Shown here piece by piece: positions 1-12,450 of a stretch of DNA of 64,000 nucleotides. The DNA is from Gracilinanus agilis (Eukaryota): assembly GCF_016433145.1 (NCBI RefSeq), contig NC_058135.1, positions 114,845,986-114,909,985 of the forward strand, written 5' to 3'. The stretch's first letter is position 1. Each line of letters starts with the position of its first letter. Below the pieces are notes generated by a model. It was not told the DNA's origin. It made no database searches and worked only from the letters and a program-made list of their open reading frames with translations. The position numbers were made by a program, and so were the translations under genes.

Positions 1-291
1 GATGACTCGATGGGTGCCCCAAACTTGCTCTATTTCTTTTTAGCTGGGTTCGGAGCTATAGATGAGTGTGGAGGGGGTGGGGGTGGGGCGGTTGCTCAGC
101 GCGCGATTGAGTGAGAGCCCTTTATAGCATGGAAATGCCCCGATTCCACGTACCTTCCACGCTGTGCCCTGTTGTGGGGTTCCTCCATTCGTCTGGACTT
201 GTTTTTATGTCCCCTTGAGGAGTTTTGTATGTTTCGGTCAGGAGAGGTTAAGAGCTGCTTCTTACTCTGCCGCCATCTTAACCCGGAAGTC
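1..291 (-). mobile_element. 5' end (internal promoter/5'UTR) of a young L1 LINE that continues off the left edge of the window
   Basis: The minus strand starts GACTTCCGGGTTAAGATGGCGGCAGAG at 291, the typical L1 5' terminus with a YY1 core (AAGATGGCG) and an ETS-like CTTCCGG. The segment is GC- and CpG-rich, with an abrupt switch to AT-rich flank after 291. Confidence 0.85.
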
Positions 292-479
292 TGGAAAAAG
301 AACTATTAAATTTGCATATAGGAGTAGAAAATTTAAATTAAATAGATAAATATTAAAGTAGCCCCTCTCTATCTAGGAGACATCCTTTAATAATGTCACT
401 TATTTAATTTGGAGTATATTTTTAAATAAAAATTGAATAGAGTTAATTTTTTAAATAAAGCACGGAGCACCAAGTCAGC

Positions 480-600
480 ACCTATATAGAAGCAGTTGGA
501 TATGGATTTGTGACTTAATGTATATAAGGAATTCCTGGTGAGGAAAATCTCTTTACCAATGTACAATTTCACATTCTAATTTTAGAGAGTTACCTAAGAC
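480..600 (+). mobile_element. MIR3/THER2-type CORE-SINE fragment (similar fragments at ~7545-7730 + and ~25150-25290 -)
   Basis: 'ggaattcctggtgaggaaaatctctttaccaatg...ttagagagttacctaagaca' resembles the marsupial MIR3 body as I recall it. Confidence 0.55.
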
Positions 601-819
601 ATTATTATTTACACAAATTAAATTAGAAATTGACACCTATAAATTATTTGATTTGTGTTTTAAAAACATTGGGGGTCAGCAACATTGCACAGGGATTAGA
701 GTTCTAGGCCTGTAATTGGGAGACTAGAGATTAAATCTGGCCTCAAATACTTCCTAGCTCTGTGATACTAGGCAAGCCACTTAATCTCAGTTCTTAAGTA
801 TCAAGACATAAAATAAATC

Positions 820-2406
820 CACATAAATCATCATTTTTATATATTACTGACAAAATCTTGACAGAAAAAATAGAAAGAGATATTCCATTTAAATAACCAC
901 AGACAGAATAAATATCTGGGAATATACCTGCCAAAACAAACCTAAGAACTACATGAACATAATTTTAAGAGACTTTTTTTAACTCTTACTGGTTCTAAGG
1001 AAGAAGAGCAGTAAGGTCTAGGCAATGGGTATTAAGTGACTTGCATAGGGTTTCTAGCTGTGTACAGCTAGAAAGTGTCTGAGGCCATATTTGAATATAG
1101 GACCTCCCACCTCTAGATTTGGCTCTCAATCAACTGAAGCACCCAGCTGTCTCCTAAAACACTTTTTACATAAATAAAGTTAGACCTAAATAAATTAAGA
1201 AATATTGATTGTTCATGAATAGAGAGCCAATATAATTAAAATGGCAATCCTACCTAAACTCATTTACTTATTCAGTGCCATCCCAACTAAATTACCAGAA
1301 AACATTTTATTGTGTTAGAAAAAATAATAACAAAATTCATTTGGAAGGATAAAAAAGAATATCAAAGGATTTAATAAAAAAAATGTAAAGAAAGAAGGTC
1401 TAGCAGCATCATATTTTAAATTGTATTACAAAGCAGAAATTATCAAATTACTATCTGGTAGTGGCTAAGAAATGGAAAGGTCAAACAGTGGAACAGAACA
1501 GGCAGACCACAAACAGCAATAAAAATTTATAGCAATCTGATATTTGATTTACAAACAAATCATTGTTTGGGTAAAAAATGCTAGGATAACTGGAGACTAG
1601 TTTGGCAGAAGCTAGATATAGACCAATCTTATACAATTCACTGAGAAGATAAAAATGGATACATGATATAGACATAAAAGGATATACTATACATAAGTTA
1701 GAACAACAAGGAACATAATTTCCATCAGATTTATAGATAGGAGAGGAATTTATGAGTCAAGAAGAGCTGGAGAACAATGTGAAATGTAAACAAAATAATT
1801 TTGAATACACTAAATTAAATCAATTTTTTTTACAAATAAAATAAATGCTGCTAAAATTAAAAGGAAAGCAGAAAATTGGAGGGGTAGATTTTTATAGATT
1901 GCCCTTCAGATAGGTGTCTCATGTTTAAAATACATAGTAAACTTTGTCAAATCTATAAAATTAAGAGTCATCCTCAATTGATAAATGGGCAAAAGATATA
2001 AAGACAATTTTCAGATGAAGAAATCAAAGTCATACACAGGGAGATAAAGAAATGCTTCAGGACATTACCGATTAGGGAAATTCAAACCAAAACAACTCTG
2101 AAATATCACCTTACACTACCAGACTAGCTAAAATGACAAAAGGGCAAAGTGACAAATATTGGAAGAAATATAGAAAAACAGGGAAACTAAGGCACTATTG
2201 GTAGAGCTATAAATTGATTCAACCATTTTGGAGAACAATTTGGAATTATACTCATGGTGTGTAAAACTGTATGCCCTTAGATCTAGCAAAAACATTGCTG
2301 AGTCTGTTTCTCAAGGAGATTAGGGAAAGAGAAAAGAACCCAAATATTCCAAAATATTTATAGGAGCTCTCTTTGTGTTGGCAAAGAATTGGAAACTGAG
2401 GGAATG
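820..2406 (+). mobile_element. Old L1 ORF2 3' fragment (host of a SINE and an ORF1-only insertion; resumes at 3735-3800)
   Basis: Degenerate ORF2 motifs: 'aaaatggcaatcctacctaaactcatttacttattcagtgccatccca' ([16 protein letters not shown]) and 'caaaacaactctgaaatatcaccttacac'. Confidence 0.85.
973..1155 (-). mobile_element. SINE1_Mdo-like tRNA-derived CORE-SINE (older copy) inside L1
   Basis: Reverse complement of the SINE head 'ggcagctgggt...cagttgattgagagcc' and tail 'ttactgctcttcttccttagaacc' with an A-tail. Confidence 0.8.
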
Positions 2407-3734
2407 TAATTCTCTTTTTTTTTTTACCTCTGGTTTTATATATATTTATACATCTTGACATTTTATCCTATACAGTTTGTCATTGTTCCCTCTAAGTATA
2501 CTTCTTCTAGCTACCCTGATGATAATAACAATTTTTAAAAATTACCAATATCATCTTTTCTTATATAGATACAAATCATTTGAACTTTTTGGGTACCTTG
2601 AATTTTTTTTTACTTTTCCCCCTCTCTTAATTACTTTTTGGTGATTCTCTTGAGTTCTGTGTTTGCATATCAAATTTTCTGTTTAAGTCCGGTTTTTTCT
2701 TTATGAATACTGAGGTCTTCAATTTTATTAAATGACCATACTTTCCCTTGCAAGAATATAGGCAGTTTTGCTGGGTAGTTGATTCTTGATTATAGACCCA
2801 ATTCCCTTTCTTTCCAGAATATTGTATTCCATGCCTTTCAGTCCTTCAGTGTAGATGCAGCCAGATCCTGTGTTATCCTAACTGCATCTTAGTCCCTAGT
2901 ATCTTAATGACTTCTTCTTAGCAGCTTGTAATATTTTTTCCTTGGTCTGGTAGTTCTTGAATTTGGCTATAATATTCCTGGGAGTTGCCAGTTGTGGATT
3001 AAATGTAGCAGGTGATCTGTGGATTCTTTCAATCTCCACTTTTCCCTCTTGTTCCAGGATTTCAGGACAGTTTTCTTCTATAATTTCCTGTAGGATGAAG
3101 TCCAGGCTTTTTCTTTTGTCATGATGTTCCAATAGTCCAATAATTTTTAAATTGTCTCTCCAAGATCTGTTTTCAAGATCTAAGGTTTTGTTAATGAAGT
3201 GTTTCATATTTTCCTGAAATTTTTCATTCTTTTGGTTTTGTTTTATATATTCTTGCTGCCTTGTGAAGTCATTTGCTTCTAGTTGTTGAATTCTAATTTT
3301 TAAAGATTGAATTTCATCCCTGTCTTTTTGGTCATCCTTCTCCTTCTGGACTGATTTTCTTTGTTGATCACCTTTCACCTTCTTTGCCTCATTTTCAAGC
3401 TGGTCAATTTTGGCTTTGAAGACACTATTTTCTTATTTTATTTCATGTATTTTCTTTTTCAAATTGTCTTCAGCCTCTCTTGATTATTTTTTAAGTTCTT
3501 GAGTTAATTGAATTTTATGTTCTTCCAAAGCCTGTGTCCAATCCCCCATAATTTCTTTGTTTTGCTTTGAGTTCCTTGATCTTCTATTTAATTTGCTTTT
3601 TAATTCACTTCCTGGAAAGAAGCTGTCAAGTGTAATTTTTTTTCTTTTTCTGTTGTTTACTCATATTTTTTCCTTCTTTCCCTCCTGTGCTTTCTCTGCT
3701 TTCCTGGTAGATTAGGTTAAGCAGGTGGTTTTAA
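2407..3734 (-). mobile_element. ORF1-only (HAL1-like / 3'-truncated) L1 insertion with a 17-bp TSD
   Basis: The minus strand reads ATGAGTAAACAACAG (MSKQQKKKK..) through ORF1 (track ORF 2896-3378: DLENRSWRDNLKIIGL..IERIHRSP..KEKILQAA) into the ORF1-ORF2 spacer and an A-run. TGGAAACTGAGGGAATG is duplicated at 2390-2406 and 3735-3751. Confidence 0.85.
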
Positions 3735-3829
3735 TGGAAACTGAGGGAATGACCCACAACTGGAGAATAGTTAAATGAATTGTTGTACGTGATTGTGATC
3801 TAAATTTGACAGAAAAAAAGTCTTAGAAT

Positions 3830-4715
3830 TTAATGCAATCAAGAAAATTACAGTAATCACCAATTCATTTCCCTTTCTTTAAGAGAAGTTTACAAAGAAA
3901 AATCACCATATGTGTCAAGAGTATCCTTTATTATAGTATGAGAAGAGAATAGGGCTTTTATAAAATATATTCTATATGAGGACACATTGTTACAATTACA
4001 CAATCAATTGAAAGATTTAGAAAATACATGATTACTCCATAATATTTTTAAAAATCTAAGTGAATTACCTAATTAGGAGTACTTCAACAAAGTATTTACC
4101 AAACGTGTTAAAAATCATAGAGAGTTCCTTGAAAGATATCACAAAGAAAAGTTTCACATTTTGATTATCTTCCAAAAAATATAGATGCATGTTTATTACA
4201 AGTATTTGCAACTATAAATAGGTGAGGCCCAAGAGAGTCCAAATGAAAAAGAAATTCCCTAGAGATGGTAAAGCCCTCCAAATGTTCATCTTTGTGAATG
4301 ACATCATCATCATCATAATGTCAAGAAATCCTTAAAGAGCTCAGTAAGCATTCAAGCATTTGTCTTAACCATTCACATAGGGGGGAAATGCAAATACAGA
4401 ATTATTATTGTGCAGCATGTGACAAGCAGTTGTATGGATGATACTTTGAGGTGGTCCAGTGACATGTCAGACAGACACTCTGGCTGTACAATTAAGCAAC
4501 TGTAGAGATGAGTAGAAGATGGAAAGCAGGCTATATTGCTTTCAGGAAACAGTGTAATGCTTTGATAAAGCCTAAATTTCTCCCTTAAATTAAGGACATC
4601 TTTTAAACACTCATTTATTTTCTTTCTGGTAATTTTATATTGATAAAAATCATATGTAATGCCATAGTGTCTGTAGCAGGAATGTGCTATCCCTGTTTCT
4701 ACCTTCACAACATCC
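3830..4715 (+). mobile_element. RTE-clade LINE (marsupial RTE1-like) reverse transcriptase (RT) fragment
   Basis: 'ctccaaatgttcatctttgtgaatgacatcatc' = LQMFIFVNDII (RTE LQMLLFADDI), plus the downstream 'gaagatggaaagcaggctatattgctttcaggaaa' typical of RTE. Confidence 0.75.
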
Positions 4716-5580
4716 CTCATATGTGCTCCCTTCTCCCTTCTAACACTGCCACCATCTTGGTGGTGGTGTAGGTCCTCATTCTCTCACACCTGTTCTAATA
4801 ATAAGCTGTTGGTTGGTCTGGCTTTAAGTCTCTCCCTACTCTAACCTTTCTTCCATTCAGCTGACAATTTTATTTTCCCAAAGAACGTCTGATTGTTTCA
4901 TTCTTGTTTTCAATCAATGTCATTGGTTCCCTCTCAGGATTCCTATCAACTTCAATGGCTCCAGGATCAAATAGTAAATATTCTATTTGACTCCTAAAGT
5001 TCTCCACAACCTCTACCTTCCAAGACTTCAGAAATCAAATGATTCCCTTGCATTTCTTTGCCCAGAATACTCCATCTCCCTGCTCTATAAATTTATATAG
5101 GCTGCCTCCACACCTGAAACTCTTTCCCTCGTTTTCTCTAATTCCTAGTTCCCTGGCTTCCCTTAAGTCTCAGCTGAAGTCCCACCTTCTACAAGAAGAC
5201 TTCCTGATACTCTTAATGCTAATGTGTNNNNNNNNNNNNNNNNNNNNNNNNNNNNNNNNNNNNNNNNNNNNNNNNNNNNNNNNNNNNNNNNNNNNNNNNN
5301 NNNNNNNNNNNNNNNNNNNNNNNNNNNNNNNNNNNNNNNNNNNNNNNNNNNNNNNNNNNNNNNNNNNNNNNNNNNNNNNNNNNNNNNNNNNNNNNNNNNN
5401 NNNNNNNNNNNNNNGATACCAATCTAAGGATACATAAATAGATATCTATCTTGTTTGTAAATAGTTGTTTGTATTTGTCTCTCCTCTGAGGCAAGCAAGG
5501 ATATTTTGCTTTTCGTCATATTACCACTATTTAGAACAGTCCTTGGCACATAATAAGTGTTGAATAAATGCTAGTTTGCT
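4715..5580 (+). mobile_element. L2 LINE 3' end (spans an assembly gap)
   Basis: 'ttaagtctcagctgaagtcccaccttctacaagaagacttcc' and the terminal 'ttggcacataataagtgttgaataaatgct' match the L2 3' tail. Confidence 0.85.
5228..5414. other. Assembly gap (other gaps: 25370-25521, 38245-38609, 49870-50027)
   Basis: Runs of N. Confidence 0.99.
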
Positions 5581-8500
5581 GGTTGCTCATTGACTATGAG
5601 GAAAGAGGAAAGTGAGAGGTTAGTACAGAGACATAGATACTTTGAGGAAGATAGAATAGAAACAAAGAGACTTAAAGAGAAAACAAAGTGATTTTCTCAT
5701 TAAATTAGGAAATGAAATCAACTATCAAAAGTTGTCCAGAAATGAATATAATAAGATATTAAGTTTACTTAAGGAAAGCATGAGAAAATAATAAAGGAAT
5801 GTTAAAGCCATGAATTAATTAGGCAAATGTATAAATTATGAGAAAAGGTAGTGTGATATTGGAAATTTGGGTATCCTTGAACTAATTTTGAGGTCCTAGA
5901 GGGGTCTTCAAACTACATTTCCCATAATTCCTTGCTTGTAGTCAGGAAGAGTAATAACATAGAGAAAAGTATAAAGACTGAGGACTGTATTGGTACTTCC
6001 TCTTTTCTGCCTGTGGAGCAGGAGCCAGAATGGGAGGAGGAGGCAACATGGTGCAACTTTCAAATGACTTTTAGTAAGGCACGTGGCTTTATTTATCTGA
6101 TTCCCAATAAATCCTTTAAAACCCTAATATTTTTAAATCTATCCTTTTATACCCATTTTATTTCTTACAGTATGTAACAAATGAATGATTATAACTCAGA
6201 GATAATATTTACTTAGAATGTTTTCATATATTTATTATGTTTAAGTACATGGTATTCATAATTTCTGAAATTTAAAGCTATTGTTGTTTTTATTTTTGGA
6301 ATAAAGCATTTTGAAAATTTCCTTAAATTTACCTTACTTATTGATTCACCATTAAAAATAAATTATTTATATTAATTAGCATGAGGTGAATTTATGCTAA
6401 TGAAATGTGAGCAAAGACCTATTGCATTTATAGACTGAAGGCAAAGGGACTATTGAATGCTGGATGACAGTTTTGATCTATGCTTACCACCTGTCAATAA
6501 TTTGTCAGCACACACACAAAAAAAAATAAAGTTCTAGTAATGCAACAGAATGTGATAGTTATTGTTTTTGGTCCTGAACATGAAAGTACCCAGATTAAAT
6601 ATAGTATAAAAAACAGTATAATGTTACCTTGCTTCAGACATGATATTTCCAGGAAAATATAGTAGAACTTCCTGACATGGCTTTCTACAGACCCTGAAAA
6701 AATCCTACTCATTAAATTCAACATCCATTTATTAATTGACCGCTCTGGGCATTGAGGTCTCCTAGGTGCTAAAAATATATATTACTTTTATTGCATAGCA
6801 TCTACCCTCAAGGAACTTGTGTTCTTCTTGTGGAGAAGGGGACAAAATAGATATTCATAATATTATCTTTCAGATTTATTTGGGGGCAAGGAGAGATACA
6901 AAGGCCTCTAAGAAAAAAGGAGAAATAGGCAATTTCACTTCAAAATCAGCATTCCTAATTCCAGGGATTACAAATTGGAGGTCTCTGTTACTCCAAAATT
7001 TAACCATAACAATCCACACATACTCCTGAAATGTGTTAATACTCTCATGAAGTATTTATGTGTGCTTTGATGATCCATGGCATGAAACTTCATTTTGAAA
7101 GTCATAAAGGAGAAAAACCATTAGCAATATATTAGAGAATTATGAGACTTAAACTATAAATTTTTCTATTTCCTTTCTTCTATTCTTTTCTCCTTCACCT
7201 TGTCCTTCTCCATCTCCTTCTTCAAGTTAATTGGCATCAGTGTTTTAAACTATTCAATTTCCAACCTTTACCTCCTCCTTAGGTAGCTTGTGCCTCCCCT
7301 ATACACAACTGGGGGCTCATCATATTGGTGTCAGATTTAGTATAGATATACAATTCACTTTTAACTCAACTGCAACTCAGAACTTTGAAGCTCAAGAAAT
7401 TCACCAAATTCAGCTTTTGCGTAGCAAGGACTTACAGCCTACAACACTATTCCAGCTAAAATGTTTCATTGTGGCATGAATTATTCTCCTCTATTTTCAG
7501 AACTGTGTTTTGGATTCTGTCTTATGCATTCATTGGTATTCAGGACTCCTACTAAGGAAATTCAATATACCAATATGTGTCATCATCTTTTCTGATATTC
7601 TTAAAAAGAACCTAGAAACCTGAGAGAATGAGTGACTTCTCCAGTGTTATATAAACAGTATGTGTCAGAGGACAGATTTGAACCCAGTTCTACATGACTC
7701 TAAGGTTAGCTCTCTATCCACTATTCCACAATGCATTAAAAATCTAGAATACTCTTAATTTAATATTGTTAGAGCTTTATTATTTTATTTAAGTATTCTT
7801 TTCTCCAATATAGATTCATTCTCTCTAAGTCTTTACAGTATTCAAAGTCTCTCTAAGTATTGATAACCTTCATGAATTGCAGAGCCTAAGAAATCTGTCA
7901 CCCTGTGGCCAGTTGCTGATAAACCTGAGATTAACTTGGGTGAAATACATAGAGTCCATTGCAGACAAGTGCTAGAAGCTCTATTTGGCTAATAATACAT
8001 GTCAAAACATACATTTTCCTGGTCTTTGAGTATCTAGGATCATTTCCACACTAAGATGGGACATTTAAGGATGATTTAAGGATTTTTTTAAATTTATTCA
8101 CAAAAATAAAATATATGGAAGCCTCTTTGATCTGTGACAGTATTTGTGTCATAGAATTATCTTACTAAAGTACAGATCTTAAATCAGAGTAAACCTCTCC
8201 ATCTTAGGCAATTCAGATTAGGCAATATGACATCAAAATAAATAATCATCATTACAGCTTTATATTACTCATTTTTGTGCTGTTTTGTAGTGGAAATACA
8301 AGTATAGTTTGAAGAAAATGCTATATTTATGCATATGTGTATGTGTGTGTGTGTGAGGGGGGGCTCAAACTGAATTAGCATGCCTATCATCAGAGCTCAT
8401 AAAATAAAAAGATTTCTCATATGAAATGTTAAAAGCAATGTCACTGTAAAAATGACCACAAACGTCCTTTTTGTAAAATAAAACAAAATAGGCCTTGTAT

Positions 8501-8756
8501 AACTATGTCCTAGGTTTGATTTCTTCATAAAAATGATAAAAATATAATGAAATGGTGTTTAAAGTTTCTTATTTATTATAATAAAGACTATCATTCTTTT
8601 ATGAATCTTATTAGTATTCAAATGAAAATCTGAAAAAATAATGATAATGAGTTATAATCAATGGATATCCAGGATGAATAATTGCTATTCACTGTCACGA
8701 GACCTAGAAGAAACTCTAACATGTTAGATAGGTCCCTTGTATTTGTGGAAAAATTA

Positions 8757-9790
8757 ATGAATTAATGAATCATTTAAGCATTTTTAGCACTCAACTTTGT
8801 CAAAAATACTTTGCTGAGCAAGAGGAATACAAAGACATTGAAGATTGACCTCACTCTCTAGGCAATTGCATTCTAATTGAGTAGACAACAAAAACATTTG
8901 GAAGATTTCATTTGCAAGTCAGATGTCAAGGTGTCTGGGTCCTTGGGGTACAATGACAAAGAAGATGTTAATGGTTCTTTAATGTTACTTTCTATAGATA
9001 CAATAATGTTGGTTTCTGATGTTGAACTAAATGTCTTTGGTGGCCAGAATTTCTTTTTTCCTTATTCAGAGAAGCTGTGACTATAGTTCCTGAAAGAGCC
9101 CTTATAGACTATGTCTCCATAGATGTTACATTTCAGGGTAATGGCTGAAGGCACTAAGCTGGAATTAGTGCTATTCCCAAAGCTCTTGGGTATATGGTCC
9201 AGCCTATCCATCAGAATCTGAGAGAATCTGGTTGTCATGGTAATGATGATGTGGTACATTTGGTACATGCCATTTCTTTCATACTGCCTTGCTGCTTTAG
9301 CTAGATTGGCTTTCCTTCTTTTCCTTTGTGTGGCTGCTGGTTGGCAGTTTATTGGGGGTGTCTAGCCTCTTCTCTCTAAGAGATGCTCCCCTATTTGAAG
9401 GCTCTTTGAGTCAAGCTGGAAACAATACTGGTAGATTGATAGGCACAGGATTCCTGTGCCGATTTGATTATTGGAAACAGCTGATCAGTAGTTGTTGCTG
9501 ATGGTGATGAAGAAAGTAGGTTTCTTCTCTAGAGTGATTTCTCCCTGTCAGTGATGGCTCCTGGGACTCCATTGTAGACAGGTATGATGCTTAGAAGGCT
9601 CTGATATCCTCAAGGGTCTTGGACTTGGGATCCCGAGTTGTCTCCATCAGAGTACAAGGGGAAATAATCAAGGTCATAGTCAAGGTCTGACTTGCCTGGC
9701 ACATGCCACCTCCTGTCTCTCACTCAGGCTACATGAGCCAAACTGGCTTGCCTGCTCTGTATGTGTCAACTCAGATAAGAATCCTGGAAG
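8757..9790 (-). mobile_element. Copy A of a chimeric L2-tailed retroposon carrying a Y-box cold-shock-domain fragment
   Basis: L2 3' tail at ~8757-8890. Minus-strand 9059-9012 = KKEILATKDI*FNIRN (YBX KKVLATKVLGTVKWFNVRN with a 12-nt deletion). Nucleotide homology to 43540-43715. Confidence 0.7.
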
Positions 9791-10039
9791 ATTAGAAGAT
9801 AGAAAAAATGTGATTAATATCGTTGGAAAGAATGGTAATATTGATAACATTATAGATCCATAGAAATCTAAAACAAACAAAACAAACAAAAGCATATGTA
9901 TACAATATATGTGTATATACACACACTTTTTTTTTTACTATTTAAGCAACTATAGTCAAAGCTATGGATAGTTTTTTTTAACTGATTGACTATTAGTTGT
10001 AAAAGACCTTTGTTCTTTGTATTTTTACCTCCATCATTC

Positions 10040-10240
10040 TTTTTTTTAACCTTTCTTTCCATCTTAGAATTAATACAATGTATTGGTTCTAAAGCAGAAG
10101 AGCAGCAAGAGCTAGGCAATGGGGTTTAAGTGACTTGCCCAGGGTCACACAGCTAGGAAGGATGTGAGGCTAGATTGAAACCTAGGACCTTCCATCTCTA
10201 GGCCTGGTTCTCAACTCACTGAGACACTTGCTTCCCCCTA
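10040..10240 (-). mobile_element. SINE1_Mdo-like SINE (older subfamily)
   Basis: 'tattggttctaaagcagaagagcagcaagagctaggcaatggggtttaagtgacttgcccagggtcacacagctagg' preceded by a T-run. Confidence 0.85.
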
Positions 10241-11229
10241 GCCTCTGTATCATTCCTAAAAGCCAGGAATTCTGATAGTTACTTATAAGCCTCTTGGGGT
10301 TTGTTTAAAACAATAAAGAGGATTGCCTAGCAACCTCACATCAAGCTTTTGGTACCCTATTGAAACTTGCATTCCAAGCTACTCTGCACATCTTCACCAG
10401 GATAAAGAAAAAATACTGTATAATCAGAATTAGATCAATGTTCCCCTTCCTGAAATATGTACACCAGACTACACAGTCATCCTAATTGTCATGTGGCTCA
10501 GAACATAGGTTGTCATAAACTCTAAATAATCCCTCTGCATGTTGACAAGCCTATGAGAAAATTCAGCACACTCTCCAAGAAAGCAGTAGAGGTTCCTTCC
10601 CTCTATGGATCAGGGAATATGTTCTTCCTTCACAGCCAGAAAAAAAGAATTATAGGATCATAGGATTTAGAATTGAAATAACCTTAGAGTCCAATTTCTT
10701 CAGTTTAGAGATGTCTCAAAGACATTAAATGATTCAAAGATTTTCATTTTTGTTATTCAAAAAGAGAGACAGTTTAAGTAAGGACAATTTACATTTGCAG
10801 AATACTTTAATGTTTAAAAAAGGACTTTAAAGTTTAAAAAGCTCATATCAACTCTGCAAGGTAGATGGTGGAAGCATCACTGTCTAAATGTAAGAGAAAA
10901 GGAAACACTAATTAAATACCTTGACCATAATCATATATCTAGTAAATTTTAGAGATAAGAATACAGTACATTCCTGACTCCAAAATTATTTTCATCTTTC
11001 ATAAATCTATCAAAACCCATCATCATCATGTTTGGAATCTCTACATGTAGCATTCCTGAAGATTCCAAGAAATATAGCTCCATCTCATCTATCACCTTCC
11101 CACCTTTTTTGAGGATTGGTTACTAAAGACATTAAATTTAAATAATTTGAATAATTTGTCTAGTTTCTTGAAAAATAGAGATTATTTTATGTGCTTTGTC
11201 AGCTCATTAAAAATGAGGATTATATCTCT

Positions 11230-12450
11230 AAGGAGAACATAATTTGGAGAGAAGGAGAGAACATTAATGAATAGGTGCACCAAGAAAGCCTACACCGAGA
11301 AAGTAACACCAGAATTGGGACCTAAAGGTGGTTAAGGATTTTAAGATTCATAAATGAGTAAGAAGGCCATTCTAGGAATGAAGGACAACCTATGCAATAG
11401 AATGGAAACAGAAGATAGTAATGGTAAGGAGGTGATTAGGTGAAATAAAAGTATTTAAAGATAAATAATACAAAATAAGTATAGAAAAGTAGGCTAGCAT
11501 CAGATTGTGAAAATGTAAAGTATTATGCTGGTTTGTGTTTTAACTTGGCTATATTAGGGAACCACTGAAGATTTTTGAGCAGTGAGGTAAAATAGTCAGA
11601 CCTATTCTTAAGGAAGATAATTTTTATAGTTCTGTGGAGGAAAGGTCAGAGAAAAGACCCTAACATAATAAAAAATAATTATTAAATATTGCATAAGTCA
11701 GCTGACTGTTGATGAAGGCCAAAATGGTAGTACTTTATTTGACCGAAGAGAAAAAGAATATGAAAGATATAAAGATGATTGAGATTGAGTTAACAAGATA
11801 CAGAAAATATGAGGTGGTAAAGGTAAAAAAGACAAGATAGTTGAACATGACCCAGAACTTGAGATTACAGGTGAATGAAATGATTAGAATACTTTATCAT
11901 GACCAAGAGGAACCTTCAGAGGCAGGACTGATCTAGCAAGAAAGAAAATGAGTACAATTTTGTACATACCAAGTGGGAGAAGATCAAGTCTAGAAATCTA
12001 GAAGACATTTGAAAATGAAGGACTAGAGCAAAGTAAAATTAGAGCCAGATTTATAACCTTGGGAGTCATTTATATAAAGTTAATACTTGAATTCATGGGA
12101 GCTGATAAGATTACTAAGAGAGCATGTAACAAAACAGAAGCTAGGGCAAAGCTCTGGGTGATGTCCATATTTATTGAGCAGGAGAAGGGTGATCCAGAAA
12201 AAGATGACTGAGAGGGATCATTCAGAAATAAAATAAAAATTAGAAAATAAGTGCTAGAAAAGACAAAGGATGAGAAAGTACTCAAGAAACACAGAAATTG
12301 CAGAAACATCATGATGACTGAGAAAACATCATTGGATTTAGCAATTAAGAGGTCTTTGGTAAATTTGGAGAGGATCATTTCAGTCCAAGGGTGAAGATAA
12401 AACCATATTACAAGGGTTTGAGATGTGAATAAAGAAAAGGAGACAATAAT
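11230..12450 (-). mobile_element. L2 LINE fragment
   Basis: Purine-rich L2 antisense signature, e.g. 'gagaaaacatcattggatttagcaattaagaggtctttggtaaatttggagagg'. Confidence 0.8.

Noticed and set aside
8880-9790. Endogenous filovirus/bornavirus element (known in marsupials) as the source of the coding-like sequence here and at 43.6-44.7 kb
   Set aside because: No NP, VP35, N or L motifs recognisable in any frame I translated. The only clear protein match is the Y-box cold-shock domain.
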